The translations under genes and the position numbers were made by a program. A model generated the notes under the pieces. The model saw only the letters and a program-made list of their open reading frames with translations. It did not search any database and had not been told where the DNA came from. Shown here piece after piece: positions 8,968-18,381 of a DNA stretch of 64,000 nt. Each line of letters opens with the position of its first letter. Position 1 is the first letter of the stretch. This DNA is from Opitutia bacterium (GTDB taxonomy: Bacteria; Verrucomicrobiota; Verrucomicrobiia; Opitutales; Opitutaceae): contig CANJVR010000004.1 in NCBI GenBank assembly GCA_947478395.1, forward strand, positions 192,001 to 256,000, given 5' to 3'.

Positions 8968-9990
8968 ATGAATTCCAAACCCGCATCTACCGACACCATC
9001 GATGCTGCGGCCTCTCACTGGCTCGCCCAACGCGATCGGGGACTCACGCCCGCGGAGCAGGACGAGTATTTGCGTTGGCTGCAGGCGGACCCGGCCCACG
9101 CGGCCGCGATGGCGCGGCACGCGGCGGCGCTGGAACGCATGATGCGGCTTTATGAGTGGCAACCGGCGCATACCGCCGAGCCCAATCCGGACCTTTTCGC
9201 GCCGCCGCGCCGGCGGAATGGGTGGTTGTGGTCCAGCGGACTCGCGGCGGCGGCGGTGCTGGCCCTCGGGGTGTTCGGGCTTACCCGTTATGTTGCATCG
9301 CACGCGGCCGGGCCGAAATCCTATCTGCACGTAAACGAACGTCTGGCGCTGCCCGACGGCTCGCGCATCGAGCTGCGCGACGGGAGCAAAGTCGTGGTGC
9401 AATATTCCGAGACCGAGCGCCGCGTGCAGCTCACGGGCGGGGAGGCTCATTTCATGGTATGGAAAGACGCGTCGCGGCCGTTTGTCGTGGTCGCGGGTGG
9501 CGTCCAGGTGCATGCGGTGGGCACCGCGTTCGCCGTGCGGCTGGAGGCCTCTTCGGTCGAGGTGCTCGTGACCGAAGGCCGCGTGAAGGTCGACTCGGTG
9601 GCCGAGCCGGCGGGCTCGTCGCCGGACAAAGAGATCCCAATGCTGGCGGCGGGTGAGCGAGCGACGGTCCTGCGCGGGGCGTCTCCCGCATCGGCGCCCA
9701 TCGCGCCGGCGGTCCTGGCCGTCACGCCAGAGGAGATCAAACGCGAGCTCGCCTGGCAGGCCCCGCGCCTGCAATTCGACGAGACACCGCTGGCCGACGC
9801 TGTGGCCGAATTCAATCGCCTGAATCGTGAGCAACTGGTCTTCGCCGATTCCAAGCTCGGCGCCCTGCGGATCGGCGGGACCTTCCGGCCGGACAACGTC
9901 GAAGGTTTCGTGCGCCTGCTCGCTACGACCCACCAGCTTGTCACCGAGCGTGACGGTGCGGGCCGGACAATCCTGCGGTCCAGCCGGTGA
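8968..9990 (+). CDS. FecR-family anti-sigma/transmembrane sensor
   Basis: AASHWLA...WLQADPAHAAA N-domain, TM helix, LPDGSRIEL, GEAHF, RPFVV, VGTAFAV, AWQ...FDETPLADAVAEFNR. Confidence 0.93.
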   Translation: MNSKPASTDTIDAAASHWLAQRDRGLTPAEQDEYLRWLQADPAHAAAMARHAAALERMMRLYEWQPAHTAEPNPDLFAPPRRRNGWLWSSGLAAAAVLALGVFGLTRYVASHAAGPKSYLHVNERLALPDGSRIELRDGSKVVVQYSETERRVQLTGGEAHFMVWKDASRPFVVVAGGVQVHAVGTAFAVRLEASSVEVLVTEGRVKVDSVAEPAGSSPDKEIPMLAAGERATVLRGASPASAPIAPAVLAVTPEEIKRELAWQAPRLQFDETPLADAVAEFNRLNREQLVFADSKLGALRIGGTFRPDNVEGFVRLLATTHQLVTERDGAGRTILRSSR

Positions 9991-10028
9991 GGTCCGGCCG
10001 CAGTCGGAGATAATTTGTGACGAAACCG

Positions 10029-10058
10029 TTACGGATGTTTCACGGCGGCTCGTCGTAA
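10029..10058 (+). promoter_or_regulatory. Possible ECF-sigma promoter for the TonB-dependent transducer
   Basis: TTACGG...CGTAA elements between fecR and the receptor ATG; CGT core is typical of ECF -10 boxes. Support is positional only. Confidence 0.3.
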
Positions 10059-10101
10059 GAGAGGGCCAAGCTATTTACGGTCCCTCCAATTTCACTATTT
10101 T

Positions 10102-13100
10102 ATGCGAACCATGTCCTCTGTTATCCGCGTGCTGACTCTCGTTGTCGCGCTCGCCATTTCGGCCCGTGCGGCCGACGAATCCAAGAAAGCCTATGACCTG
10201 CCGGCCGGCGATGCCGTCAGCGCGCTAAAACAGTTTTCCGCGCAATCAGGCCGCGAGACGCTGTTTGCGGCCGATGCACTGCGCGGGGTGAAGACGTCCG
10301 CCCTCAAGGGTGATTTTACGCCGAAGGAAGCCTTGGACCGTCTGCTGGCGCAGACCGGTCTTGTGGCGACGCAGGACGGCAAGACGGGCGCATTTGCCGT
10401 GGTCCGGACAGGGAGCCCGGAAAAAAACGCCGGGAGCCGCCCCACAGCCGCTGACGTGGCGGGTGGTGCGGCGTCCGCCAGCGCCATCCCGCTGGAGCCT
10501 GCGGTCAAGATGGAGGAAGTCATGATCCTCGGTTCACGCATCCGCACGACCGAAGTCGCCGGTCCTTCGCCGGTGAGCTCCTACGACCGTGAATTTATTG
10601 AAGCCACGGGTGCCATGACCTTGGCCGATTTCTTGAATAAGATTCCCCAGACTTACTCCGGCATTGCGTCTGGCCGAAGCAGTGCGCCGGATGAGTTCAA
10701 TCCCGACTTTGGCCAGAAGACCGAGACGGCCACGCCGGCGATCAACATCGCACTCGGCGTCTCCGATATGGCTCCCGCTCAGACCGGAGTATCGGGCGTT
10801 TCATTGCGCGGACTCGGGGCGGGCTCGACGCTGGTGCTCGTTGATGGTCGCCGCGCGGTCACATCCGGCAACGGGAATAAGGGCAGCGACACCCGCCAGG
10901 GATTCGTCGACCTCAACACTATCCCGCTCGGCATGATCGACCATGTTGAAGTTACGACGGATGGCGCTTCCGCCATCTATGGTGCCGATGCGGTCGCCGG
11001 CGTCATCAATATCATTCTCAAGAAAAACTATAGCGGCACGGAAGTGAGCGGAAACTACACGGGCACGGAGCACGGCGGCGGGCGCGAGCGCAACCTCACC
11101 GTCAACCATGGCTTCGTCACGGGCAAGTTGAGTGGCTCCGTCGCTCTGACTTTCTACGATCGGCAGAACGTCGCCGCCAGCGACCGGGCTTTTTCTCGGC
11201 GCCAGGATCATTCCGGGCTGATCGTCGGTACGCTGGTCTCGACCGGGTCGGCTTACGCCGGCCGCAATTTTAGTTTGAATTATGGTTATCCGGCAGTGGT
11301 GCAGGCGGCCGGTGGAACGGTGGCGGGTAATTTTGACGCGATCCCCGGTGTTCGTGTCGTGGCGGTGCCGGTCGGCACGACGGCTACACCCTCGGTTGCG
11401 CAATTTACTCCCATCACCAATCCTGCTCCCAGCCAGACGGTGGTGAATTCGTCCGGTCAGCGTCGCGGCAACACCTCCACTTTTCTCGACCTTGCTCCGG
11501 AGTCGCAGCGGCGCGGTGGAAACGTCGATCTCAAGTACAAGTTCAACGACCAGATCGAGGCCTTCGGAAGCTATCGCACCAACGAGTCGCGCAGCTACAT
11601 CCGCTCGCAACCGACGACGTCGCTCACCGGTTCGTTCGGCGCGGCGGTGACCCTGCCAGCGGCCTTCAACCCGTTTAATCAGAACGTAACCGTTGGCATG
11701 ATTCTGACGGACTGGGGTTCCTCCGCGCAGCGGGTCCGCACGGTCGCCGATGCCGTGGTCGGTGGACTCCGCGGGAAAATCAACAGCTGGGAATGGGAGC
11801 TGGGCTATTCGTGGCAGAAGCAGGACGTGCGGCAGACCACGCGCAGCTTCAACGGCGCACCCTTTGCCAGCTTGCTGATCAATCCGGATCCCGCCTTGCG
11901 CTATAATCCGTTCCTCGATCTTTACGCCGCGGGGACGAAGTCGCAGGCCGCGCTGCTGGAGCCGCTCTCCCTCTATCCCGAGCTGTATAGTGTTTCCAAA
12001 AACAAGGGCCTCGACTTCAGCGCCGACGGCCCGCTGTTCACCTACAAGGGCGGCACCGTTAAGGTCGCCGTCGGCGGGTCGACCGCGACGAACGACGTCT
12101 GGAGTCGGACCACGAGCTTTTCCGCCGTGCTGGTGCCGGTGACCACAGTGGCCACGGTGACTGGGGGCCAGAAATCCACCGCGGAGTTCGCTGAACTTTA
12201 CGTGCCGGTTTTCGGCAAGTCCAATGCGTTGCCGCTCCTGGAGCGCCTCGATTTTCAGCTGGCCGGTCGCAACGAAAAGAACGGACCGTTCACCAAGTCG
12301 GTGCCGAAATACGGCGTATCCTGGAGCCCCGTGAAATCGCTCCTCCTCCGCGCCAGCTTGAGCCAGGGCTTCCGCGCCCCCGGTCCCACGGAATATCTTG
12401 TCGTCAGTCCCAACCAAACCCTGACGCTCACGGATCCGCGCCGCAACCCGCCGTCGACCCCAGGGGTCATCATTACGCGCGGCTCCAACCCCGACCCGAA
12501 ACCGGAATCTTCCGATAATTCATTCTTCGGTTTGGTCTTTGAGCCAACGTTCGTGAAGGGGCTTAGTTTCCAGGCCAATTACTATGACACGAAACAGAAG
12601 GACGTGCTGCAGGTCATCATCGCGCAGAATATCCTGAACAACGAGGCCTTGTTCCCGGATCGGGTCACCCGCGCGGCACCGACCGCGGCTGACATCGCCC
12701 TGAATCAGCCCGGTCAAGTCACCGGAGTTAGCCAGATGTTCGTTAACTTCGGCAGAGTGGTGAACCGCAGCATGGATCTCGCTGTGGACTACACGTTGCC
12801 TTGGGAAAATTTCGGCCGGTTCCGGATGCAGGTCGCCGCCAACCGGAACTTGGAGTCCACCCGGCAAATCGCGCCGGGCCAGCCCGCCGTCGTACTGGAT
12901 GAAGACACGGGTTCGCCACCGAAATGGAAGTTCAACACCTCGCTCTTCTGGCGCAAGGGCTCGTGGAATGCCTCCGCGTTCCTCTGGTACCTCGATGGCT
13001 TCAAGACGAATAATGCCGGCAGCAACTCGGTCGCGAACACGGCGTCCGTCATCTACTTCTCGACGCCGGCGGTCACCAAGCTCGACCTGCGCATGGGCTA

Positions 13101-13281
13101 TAATTTCAAGCAGGGTATCGTCCGTGGCTACGGCAAGAACGCGCGCTTCAGCCTGGGCGTGAACAACGTCATGGATAAACAGCCCCCGTTCTCTGACACC
13201 CTCTGGGGTTACAACGCCGGCCTCCACAGCCAGCTGATGATGGGGCGCTCCTACGAGCTTTCGCTCGCCGTCCCATTCTGA
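10102..13281 (+). CDS. TonB-dependent receptor/transducer with N-terminal STN signalling domain
   Basis: YDLPAGDAVSALKQFSAQSG...GDFTPKEALDRLLAQTGL (STN), plug SLRGLGAGSTLVLVDGRR and GASAIYGADAVAGVINII, C-terminal Phe. Confidence 0.93.
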   Translation: MRTMSSVIRVLTLVVALAISARAADESKKAYDLPAGDAVSALKQFSAQSGRETLFAADALRGVKTSALKGDFTPKEALDRLLAQTGLVATQDGKTGAFAVVRTGSPEKNAGSRPTAADVAGGAASASAIPLEPAVKMEEVMILGSRIRTTEVAGPSPVSSYDREFIEATGAMTLADFLNKIPQTYSGIASGRSSAPDEFNPDFGQKTETATPAINIALGVSDMAPAQTGVSGVSLRGLGAGSTLVLVDGRRAVTSGNGNKGSDTRQGFVDLNTIPLGMIDHVEVTTDGASAIYGADAVAGVINIILKKNYSGTEVSGNYTGTEHGGGRERNLTVNHGFVTGKLSGSVALTFYDRQNVAASDRAFSRRQDHSGLIVGTLVSTGSAYAGRNFSLNYGYPAVVQAAGGTVAGNFDAIPGVRVVAVPVGTTATPSVAQFTPITNPAPSQTVVNSSGQRRGNTSTFLDLAPESQRRGGNVDLKYKFNDQIEAFGSYRTNESRSYIRSQPTTSLTGSFGAAVTLPAAFNPFNQNVTVGMILTDWGSSAQRVRTVADAVVGGLRGKINSWEWELGYSWQKQDVRQTTRSFNGAPFASLLINPDPALRYNPFLDLYAAGTKSQAALLEPLSLYPELYSVSKNKGLDFSADGPLFTYKGGTVKVAVGGSTATNDVWSRTTSFSAVLVPVTTVATVTGGQKSTAEFAELYVPVFGKSNALPLLERLDFQLAGRNEKNGPFTKSVPKYGVSWSPVKSLLLRASLSQGFRAPGPTEYLVVSPNQTLTLTDPRRNPPSTPGVIITRGSNPDPKPESSDNSFFGLVFEPTFVKGLSFQANYYDTKQKDVLQVIIAQNILNNEALFPDRVTRAAPTAADIALNQPGQVTGVSQMFVNFGRVVNRSMDLAVDYTLPWENFGRFRMQVAANRNLESTRQIAPGQPAVVLDEDTGSPPKWKFNTSLFWRKGSWNASAFLWYLDGFKTNNAGSNSVANTASVIYFSTPAVTKLDLRMGYNFKQGIVRGYGKNARFSLGVNNVMDKQPPFSDTLWGYNAGLHSQLMMGRSYELSLAVPF

Positions 13282-13291
13282 TTTCTGCCAC

Positions 13292-13323
13292 AAAGGCCGG
13301 CTCGCTTCCGAGCCGGCCTTTTT
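13292..13323 (+). terminator. Rho-independent terminator
   Basis: AAAGGCCGGCTCG-CTTC-CGAGCCGGCCTTTTT directly after the receptor stop. Confidence 0.85.
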
Positions 13324-13361
13324 GTTTTCTTTCCTCTCTGGCGCTATTGTCCGCATCTATC

Positions 13362-16300
13362 ATGAAAAAAAAATCTTCCCCCTCCCGCTCGTTGCTGCCG
13401 TCCACCGCGGTCGGGCTCTTGCTTTCGTTAGCGTTTTTACCGCTGCTGCCTGCGCAGACGACCGTTCCCGCCACCGGTGCGACCACCGCCACGTCCGGAT
13501 TCAAACAGCTTAAAGCCGGCGACGCCGCGCCCGACTTCACCGTCACCGGCGCCAAGGGTGAAACCATCAAGCTCTCGGACTTTCGCGGAAAGATCGTGAT
13601 CGTCGATGTGTCGGCCACGTGGTGCGGCCCCTGTCAGGCCGCGATGCCGAACAATGATCGCATTTATCAAAAATACGCCGCGCAGGGCGTCGTGCTTCTC
13701 GGCGTGACCGCCGATGACACGCGCGAAGCCTACGACGGCTGGGTGAAGCGCAACGACACGAAATACAAATTCCGCATGACGTTCGACCCCGCCGGCAAAG
13801 ACGGCTGGGAGAAATCCGTGTTCAACACAGATTATCACGTGACCGGCTTCCCGATGATGTTCGTGGTCGGCCGCGACGGCAAAATCTCCGAGACCGTTTC
13901 CGGCGGCGGACCGGGCGAGGATTACCGTCTCGAATACGCGCTGGCCCGCGCCGGCGCCAAGGTCGATCTCGCGAGCATCCCCGCCGAAGCGAAAAAAGAT
14001 CCCAACGCTCCGAAGTCGGTTCCGATGGTGGCTAAGACCCCGGCGATGCCGGCCTCCACCGCCATGATCGGCATGGGCGCGGCCGCTCCCGCCGGCGGCG
14101 GATTCACGCCGGAAAAATTCGGCAGCGTGGCGCGCGGCGCCGAAGTTGACTTCACCCTCACCGGAATCGACGGCCAGCCGGTCAAGCTCTCGTCCTTCCG
14201 TGGCAAAACGCTCCTCCTCCAGTTCGCCACCTCCAACGGCCCGCAGCCCTGGTTCAAGAAAATCGCCGATACCTACAAGGATCAAGGCGTCACGGCGCTG
14301 GCGGTCTTCTCCGCGACGGAGCGCGAGGCTTTCGATCAATGGGTCGCCGCCAACCCCAAACCCGGTTTCGCCGTCGCGTGGGATTCCGCCGGCAAGGCGT
14401 GGGCCGAAAACGTCACCAACACGATCTTCGGGGTCGGGATGTATCCCGCCACCGCCCTGATCAATGCCGAAGGTAAACTTTGGAGCGGCACGATCGGCAT
14501 GGGCGACAAGGTCATCGCGATGGTTTACTCGATGCTCGCCCGCAACGGCGTGAAGCTCACCCCCGAGCACATGAACGCGCTCGTGGCCGCCGGTGGAGCC
14601 ATCGGCGCGGCTGGCGGCGCTCCGGCGCCCACCGCTACCGCCGCGGTGACCCCTGCGGTTGCAGCCAAGTCCACGTTACTTGCGGCGGGAACCATCGCAC
14701 CTGACTTCATGATGCACGACGTGAACGACAAGGAAGTTCACCTCTCCGATTTCAAGGGCAAGGTCGTCATCCTCGACTTCTGGGCCACGTGGTGCGGCCC
14801 CTGCATTTCGTCTTTTCCGCACACGCAAAAGCTCGCCGAAAAATACGCCGGGCAGGATGTCGTCGTGCTGGCGTCCGGCACGAGCGATACGATCGAAGCG
14901 TTCAAGAAATGGATTCCGCTTAATCAGCCGAAATACCCGAACATGCGCTTCGTGTTCGATCTGAACGAGCGCGATTCGCCCACCTTCGACAAGCGCGCCT
15001 CGGCCAGTCTGTTCGGCGTGACCGGAATTCCCACCCAGTACGTGGTCGGTCGCGACGGCAAGGTCGTCGCCAGTATCGTCGGCAACGGAGGTGAAGGTGA
15101 CCTGCGCACCGAAGGCGCGCTGGCTGCCGCCGGAGTCAAGGTTGACCCCGCGATCGCGGCCAAGGCTAAGGAAGCGCTGGTCGCCGCCGCCTTGGAAGAA
15201 GATCGCCGCGTCTCCGCCTCGGCGACGGCCGCGGCCCGTCCGCCGTTCATGGAAAATTATGGCAAGCTCGTCGCCGGCGAGGCCGTGCCGGAGATGGAAG
15301 TGCAAAACGCCGCTGGTCAGAACGTCACCCTTTCTTCGCTAACCAAGGGCAAGATCACGATTCTCGCCGTCTGGAGCGCCCGGGGCGTGGCCGCCGAAGT
15401 CGTGAAGCAACTGGAACACTATGCGACGAAATATGCGGACCAAGGACTGACCGTCGTCGGTCTCGCAGCCTATGCCGGCCGCGGCGATTTCGATACGATG
15501 CTCAAGATGCAGGAAGGAAACCATACCTTCCCGTTCGTGTTCGATCCGGCCGGCGATGCGCCGAAACCGGCCAAGGCTCCGGCTGATATGACCGTCGATG
15601 AAAAAAAGGAATTTAGCACCGTCCAGCGCGAGCACTTTGCCAAGGTCGCCCCGATGAAATTCACGGGCGGCGTCATGGCCCCGGTGCCGAATTTCACCGT
15701 GATCGACGCGCAGGGCCACATGGTCGGCCTTGGCGTCGGATCAGGTCCCGGCACGGTTGAGTCGGTCGGTAATCTTCTCCTCCGGGCCGGCGTGAAGCTT
15801 GCCGCCGAGGATATGCCGAAGCGCGTCTGGACCGCCGAAGAGACGAAGCCGGCCGCACCGGTCGCCAAGGTTGAAATGTTAAAGGTCGGCGCCGCGGCGC
15901 CCGATTTTGCGGCGACGGATATCGATGGAAAGCCGGTGAAGATTTCCGATTTCCGCGGCAAGGTCGTCATCCTCGATTTCTGGGCCACGTGGTGCGGGCC
16001 GTGTATCACCTCGATGCCGCACACCAACGAAGTCGCGGCGCACTACAAGGATCAGGGCGTCGTTGTGATCGCGTCGTGTACGAGCGACACCCGCGCGATG
16101 TTTGATTCGTGGGTGAAGAAGAACCAATCGACGTTTCCTGAGATGAAGTTCTCTTTCGATCCGCAGGAACGGAAACCCGAGCGCGCCTCGGCCAAACTCT
16201 ACGGCGTCGGCGGTATCCCGCAGCAATTCATCATTGGCCGCGACGGCAAGATTGCCGCGCTCTGCACTGGCTACTTGAAGGGCGAAGTGCTCCTCGAAGC

Positions 16301-16388
16301 GGCGCTGGCGCAAGCCGGCGTCAAGGTCGCCCCCGAGATCATCGTCCAGGCGAAGCGCGATCAGGCCAATCGTGACGCGATGCGCTGA
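13362..16388 (+). CDS. Exported multidomain redoxin with five tandem TlpA/thioredoxin-like domains
   Basis: WCGPC at about 13620, 14790 and 15990; two intervening redoxin-like domains without Cys; each domain is followed by L[AL]x[AN]G[AV]K[VL]. Confidence 0.88.
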   Translation: MKKKSSPSRSLLPSTAVGLLLSLAFLPLLPAQTTVPATGATTATSGFKQLKAGDAAPDFTVTGAKGETIKLSDFRGKIVIVDVSATWCGPCQAAMPNNDRIYQKYAAQGVVLLGVTADDTREAYDGWVKRNDTKYKFRMTFDPAGKDGWEKSVFNTDYHVTGFPMMFVVGRDGKISETVSGGGPGEDYRLEYALARAGAKVDLASIPAEAKKDPNAPKSVPMVAKTPAMPASTAMIGMGAAAPAGGGFTPEKFGSVARGAEVDFTLTGIDGQPVKLSSFRGKTLLLQFATSNGPQPWFKKIADTYKDQGVTALAVFSATEREAFDQWVAANPKPGFAVAWDSAGKAWAENVTNTIFGVGMYPATALINAEGKLWSGTIGMGDKVIAMVYSMLARNGVKLTPEHMNALVAAGGAIGAAGGAPAPTATAAVTPAVAAKSTLLAAGTIAPDFMMHDVNDKEVHLSDFKGKVVILDFWATWCGPCISSFPHTQKLAEKYAGQDVVVLASGTSDTIEAFKKWIPLNQPKYPNMRFVFDLNERDSPTFDKRASASLFGVTGIPTQYVVGRDGKVVASIVGNGGEGDLRTEGALAAAGVKVDPAIAAKAKEALVAAALEEDRRVSASATAAARPPFMENYGKLVAGEAVPEMEVQNAAGQNVTLSSLTKGKITILAVWSARGVAAEVVKQLEHYATKYADQGLTVVGLAAYAGRGDFDTMLKMQEGNHTFPFVFDPAGDAPKPAKAPADMTVDEKKEFSTVQREHFAKVAPMKFTGGVMAPVPNFTVIDAQGHMVGLGVGSGPGTVESVGNLLLRAGVKLAAEDMPKRVWTAEETKPAAPVAKVEMLKVGAAAPDFAATDIDGKPVKISDFRGKVVILDFWATWCGPCITSMPHTNEVAAHYKDQGVVVIASCTSDTRAMFDSWVKKNQSTFPEMKFSFDPQERKPERASAKLYGVGGIPQQFIIGRDGKIAALCTGYLKGEVLLEAALAQAGVKVAPEIIVQAKRDQANRDAMR

Positions 16389-16457
16389 GCGACGGAGAAA
16401 CCGGTCCATGGATTTCGAGGTTAAGCGCGTCCTCGGTTTGTGACACGTTCGCCCGCC

Positions 16458-18359
16458 ATGATCCGGCTGGTTGCAGGCGTGGCATTGCTTGCACTGGCCG
16501 GATGTACGGCCGTAGCGCCCACGGTACCACGGCCAGCGGCGAGAACTAACCCCGGCGCAGCCTCGGTCCGTGGTTCCCGCGACGCGTTCGTGCTCCTCTC
16601 CGGCGGCGGCACGCCGCTCTCGAATAATTACTCGCAGTTTCTGCAGGCGCGCGCCGTTGAATCGTATTTCGCGCACCGTTATCCGGCCGATTCGACGTGG
16701 GTGTTTTTCGGCGTCGGTAATCGCGCCGGCGAACTGCCGGCGCTGGCCGACACCCGGAAGCAATTGAAGCGCGACGACCGGCTCGTCGAATCATGGCTGC
16801 CGGGCTCGCTCCCGCACAATCGCCCGGCAACGCGCGAAAGCTTCCTGAAGGCCTTGCGCGACGAAATCCTGCCCGTCGTGCAGGACGGCGGCACCTTGTT
16901 TCTTTTCATCGGCGACCACGGCTCGTTGTCGCGCGGCAGCCAACCCGAGAGCGTCGTGACGATGTGGCAGTTGAAACAAAATGCCCCCGGCTCGACCGGT
17001 TGGTCCACGGACCCCAAGGAGGAACTGAGCGTCACCGATCTCCGCGCGGCACTCGCCGACGGACTGGGGCGGGGGCGCGTGGTGTTTTGCATGACGCAGT
17101 GCCATTCGGGCGGTTTTCATTATCTCGGCGTTCCCCGTGAGATCGCGCCGCCCGCGGCGTGGTTCACGGTGGCGCCAGCGGGTGCGGCGCGCGGCTCGGC
17201 GCCGTTTCCGCTCATCGCCGGATTCACGGCGACGGATGAGGAATCGCTGGCCGCCGGCTGCGAACCGGATCCCGATCCCGAAAAGTGGGCCGGCTACGAG
17301 CGCTTCGCCGCGGAGTTTTTGCTCGGCCAGGATCTTTTCACACTCGAAACGATGGGACCGGGCCTGCCGTCGTTCGCCGCGGCTCATCAGGCCGCGATTC
17401 TCGTCGATCGTACAATTGATAAACCGCGGGCAACTTCGGAGCAGTTGCTTGATCGCTGGGCGGTCGCGATCGAAAAACTTGCCGCCACTCCGCGAGGCCT
17501 CACGCCCAAGGCCGCGGCCGCGGTGCAGGCGTTTGGACGAGCGGTCGACTCCGGCCGCGTTGAGACGTCTGATCCCGACGTCCGCGCCAAGTCCGCGGAC
17601 TACGCGCGTTACACCGCCCGGCTCGCCGAGCAAAACGCCGCGGCGAAGGACTTACTGGTGGCGGGCACCCGCAAGCAGCTCGAGGACGCCATCGGTCCCG
17701 TCGCCGGCCGACCGGGCTCGCCCGGGACCGGTCGCGGCGGCGGCGCTGGGGGCAATTCGCCGCTGCGCACGGCGTGGCGCGATGTCATCCGCCCGGCGTG
17801 GAAAGCCGCCGTACTCGCCGGTGCCGTGGCGGAATTGCCCGCTGACGCCGTCGAATTTGAAAAGCGCCTGCTCACGCTCGAGGATGGCGGCCGCGATTTC
17901 ATGACCGCGACAGGCAACCCGATGCTCAACGAAACCTACTGGCGTTCCGGCTACGCATTTCCGGACAAGCTCGATCAGACCAAGGCCGATGCCGTGACGG
18001 TTTGGGCGGTGGAGCGCCGCGGCCGGATTGCGGATTGGGCCAAAGCGTCCGACGACGAAAAAGTCCGCGCTGCCGGCGTCACGCTCGCTCCGACAACGAT
18101 TCGCCGTCCGGCGGCCACCACCATGGCGCTGAATCCCGCCATCACCGCGGCCGTGTCGCCCGCCGCGGCCGCGACTCGCACCAATGTTTCGGCGCGCCCG
18201 CTCAGTCGTAAGACCGCCGCCGAGCGCGTGCTGTTCTATCGTCGCACGCTCGCGGCGTGGCAGTGTCTCGTCGCCCTGGACGATCGCGAGGCACTGGCTC
18301 AACTTAATGCCCTTATCCAAATCGAACGCACGCCTCTGCCGCCCCCCGCGGCGGGTTGA
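16458..18359 (+). CDS. Putative clan CD (C13 legumain/caspase-fold) cysteine peptidase lipoprotein
   Basis: Lipobox LAGC; FVLLSGG; PATRESFLKAL; LFLFIGDHGS (His-Gly); VFCMTQCHSGGF (Cys); GFTATDEESLAAGC. Confidence 0.72.
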   Translation: MIRLVAGVALLALAGCTAVAPTVPRPAARTNPGAASVRGSRDAFVLLSGGGTPLSNNYSQFLQARAVESYFAHRYPADSTWVFFGVGNRAGELPALADTRKQLKRDDRLVESWLPGSLPHNRPATRESFLKALRDEILPVVQDGGTLFLFIGDHGSLSRGSQPESVVTMWQLKQNAPGSTGWSTDPKEELSVTDLRAALADGLGRGRVVFCMTQCHSGGFHYLGVPREIAPPAAWFTVAPAGAARGSAPFPLIAGFTATDEESLAAGCEPDPDPEKWAGYERFAAEFLLGQDLFTLETMGPGLPSFAAAHQAAILVDRTIDKPRATSEQLLDRWAVAIEKLAATPRGLTPKAAAAVQAFGRAVDSGRVETSDPDVRAKSADYARYTARLAEQNAAAKDLLVAGTRKQLEDAIGPVAGRPGSPGTGRGGGAGGNSPLRTAWRDVIRPAWKAAVLAGAVAELPADAVEFEKRLLTLEDGGRDFMTATGNPMLNETYWRSGYAFPDKLDQTKADAVTVWAVERRGRIADWAKASDDEKVRAAGVTLAPTTIRRPAATTMALNPAITAAVSPAAAATRTNVSARPLSRKTAAERVLFYRRTLAAWQCLVALDDREALAQLNALIQIERTPLPPPAAG

Positions 18360-18381
18360 TCGCTGCGTGATAAAATTTTCC

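Noticed and set aside
10801..12417. Long antisense or alternate-frame ORFs (also 4519-5811, 35313-37037, 41866-43281, 46755-48902, 61513-62919)
   Set aside because: Shadow ORFs overlapping well-supported genes, expected from high-GC codon bias; no motifs recognised.
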